A DNA stretch of 64,000 nt, from the IMG/VR virus record IMGVR_UViG_3300044648_000427. One strand, written 5' to 3'. This stretch comes from a virus. The notes under the pieces were generated by a model that was given only the letters and a program-made list of their open reading frames with translations, did no database searches and was not told the origin of the DNA. Shown one piece after another: positions 63,270 through 64,000 of the stretch. The stretch's first letter is position 1. Each line of letters starts with the position of its first letter. The position numbers were made by a program, and so were the translations under genes.

Positions 63270-63518
63270 TTTAAAACATAAGGGAAGTAAAAAATAAATT
63301 TATAGTCTTTTTTCGTTAGTAGTTTCAATGAGTCTTAACATCATCTTAGCAAAATCTTCATATGAATTTTCTGAAAAATGCATCCTTATTTTATTATCAT
63401 CAGTTCCTTTTAATTCCATTTCGAGGAAATATTTGTCATATTCTGAGTCATATCCATTTTTAATACTTACAATATCCATTTATTAGCAACCAAATTTAAA
63501 ACATAAGGGAAGTAAAAA
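63270..63518. repeat. exact 24-bp direct repeat TTTAAAACATAAGGGAAGTAAAAA flanking one ORF
   Basis: Copies at 63270-63293 and 63495-63518. Confidence 0.85.
63300..63479 (-). CDS. 59-aa hypothetical protein between the direct repeats
   Basis: Hand translation MDIVSIKNGYDSEYDKYFLEMELKG... Confidence 0.6.
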   Translation of the reverse strand: MDIVSIKNGYDSEYDKYFLEMELKGTDDNKIRMHFSENSYEDFAKMMLRLIETTNEKRL

Positions 63519-63585
63519 TTGTATTTGAAACCTTAGCAACCAACTAATAATAGTTCCTATTAACATAAAAACTTTTCATTACTGT

Positions 63586-64000
63586 ATGGTAGCTAAAGAA
63601 ACACTTGAAGCCTACGACAAGGCCGGAATAGAATACCGTTTAACACCTCATGACGTTGCAGAAGTTTATTTTAATAACTGGATTAAGCAAAGTGGAAGAG
63701 AACCAATAAAAATCGTTAACCGAATTACACGTTTAAAAACCAAACCTGATTCAAATGGAAGAACAGAATTTATAACATGGTCAGAGAAAAAAATTGGATA
63801 TGATCATGTAGGAAATGAAAAAAGCTTTACCGAAGATAGATGTGGTCAACACATTATACCAATATTCAGAAATGAATTTGATCAAACTACAAATACTATT
63901 AAAGCACTTCAAATTGAAAGACAAGAAACAGTCTATACAACTCCATATGACCCAGAGAAAATTGATGAATTGAATGATTTGGCTGATCCTGTAAAAATAC
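63586..64000 (+). CDS. hypothetical protein, truncated by window end
   Basis: Open frame MVAKETLEAYDKAG... to the window edge. Confidence 0.6.
   Translation, partial: MVAKETLEAYDKAGIEYRLTPHDVAEVYFNNWIKQSGREPIKIVNRITRLKTKPDSNGRTEFITWSEKKIGYDHVGNEKSFTEDRCGQHIIPIFRNEFDQTTNTIKALQIERQETVYTTPYDPEKIDELNDLADPVKI

Noticed and set aside
1-64000. Integrated provirus, DGR or retron
   Set aside because: No integrase, att-linked tRNA, host genes or reverse transcriptase in this window.

Overview
The window is a 64 kb segment of a very AT-rich head-tailed dsDNA archaeal virus genome (Caudoviricetes-like). The likely host is an ammonia-oxidising archaeon (Nitrososphaeria), inferred from a thaumarchaeal-type PolB1, a long two-domain ThyX, archaeal BRE/TATA leaderless promoters and a GLGxxEF-type terminase. 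Recognisable genes are TerS/TerL, portal, prohead protease-scaffold, decoration protein, HK97-type major capsid protein, intein-containing PolB, ThyX, Tmk, adenine MTase, Cas4-like nuclease, an intact solo TnpB, seven free-standing HNH/NUMOD3-type endonucleases, a protealysin-like M4 protease, a Pol-beta nucleotidyltransferase, CYTH, a dual-specificity phosphatase and a GHKL ATPase. No integrase, rRNA or host housekeeping block was seen. The most unusual content is invisible to the ORF track: (1) two arrays of micro-ORF cassettes, mostly Zn fingers, joined by 18-26 bp conserved junction repeats (12-14.7 kb and 16.8-18.2 kb); (2) an array of 12-bp repeats with short unique spacers directly downstream of tnpB; (3) about 9-bp-phased GCGG arrays at four intergenic loci, one set inverted around an AT-rich core and one next to a three-way DNA junction with cGTAg triloops; (4) a pair of tRNA-like elements with only the top half recognisable; (5) an (ATAC)n promoter class. 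All product calls come from motif recognition by eye; no database searches were run. ORFs under 60 aa were translated by hand.
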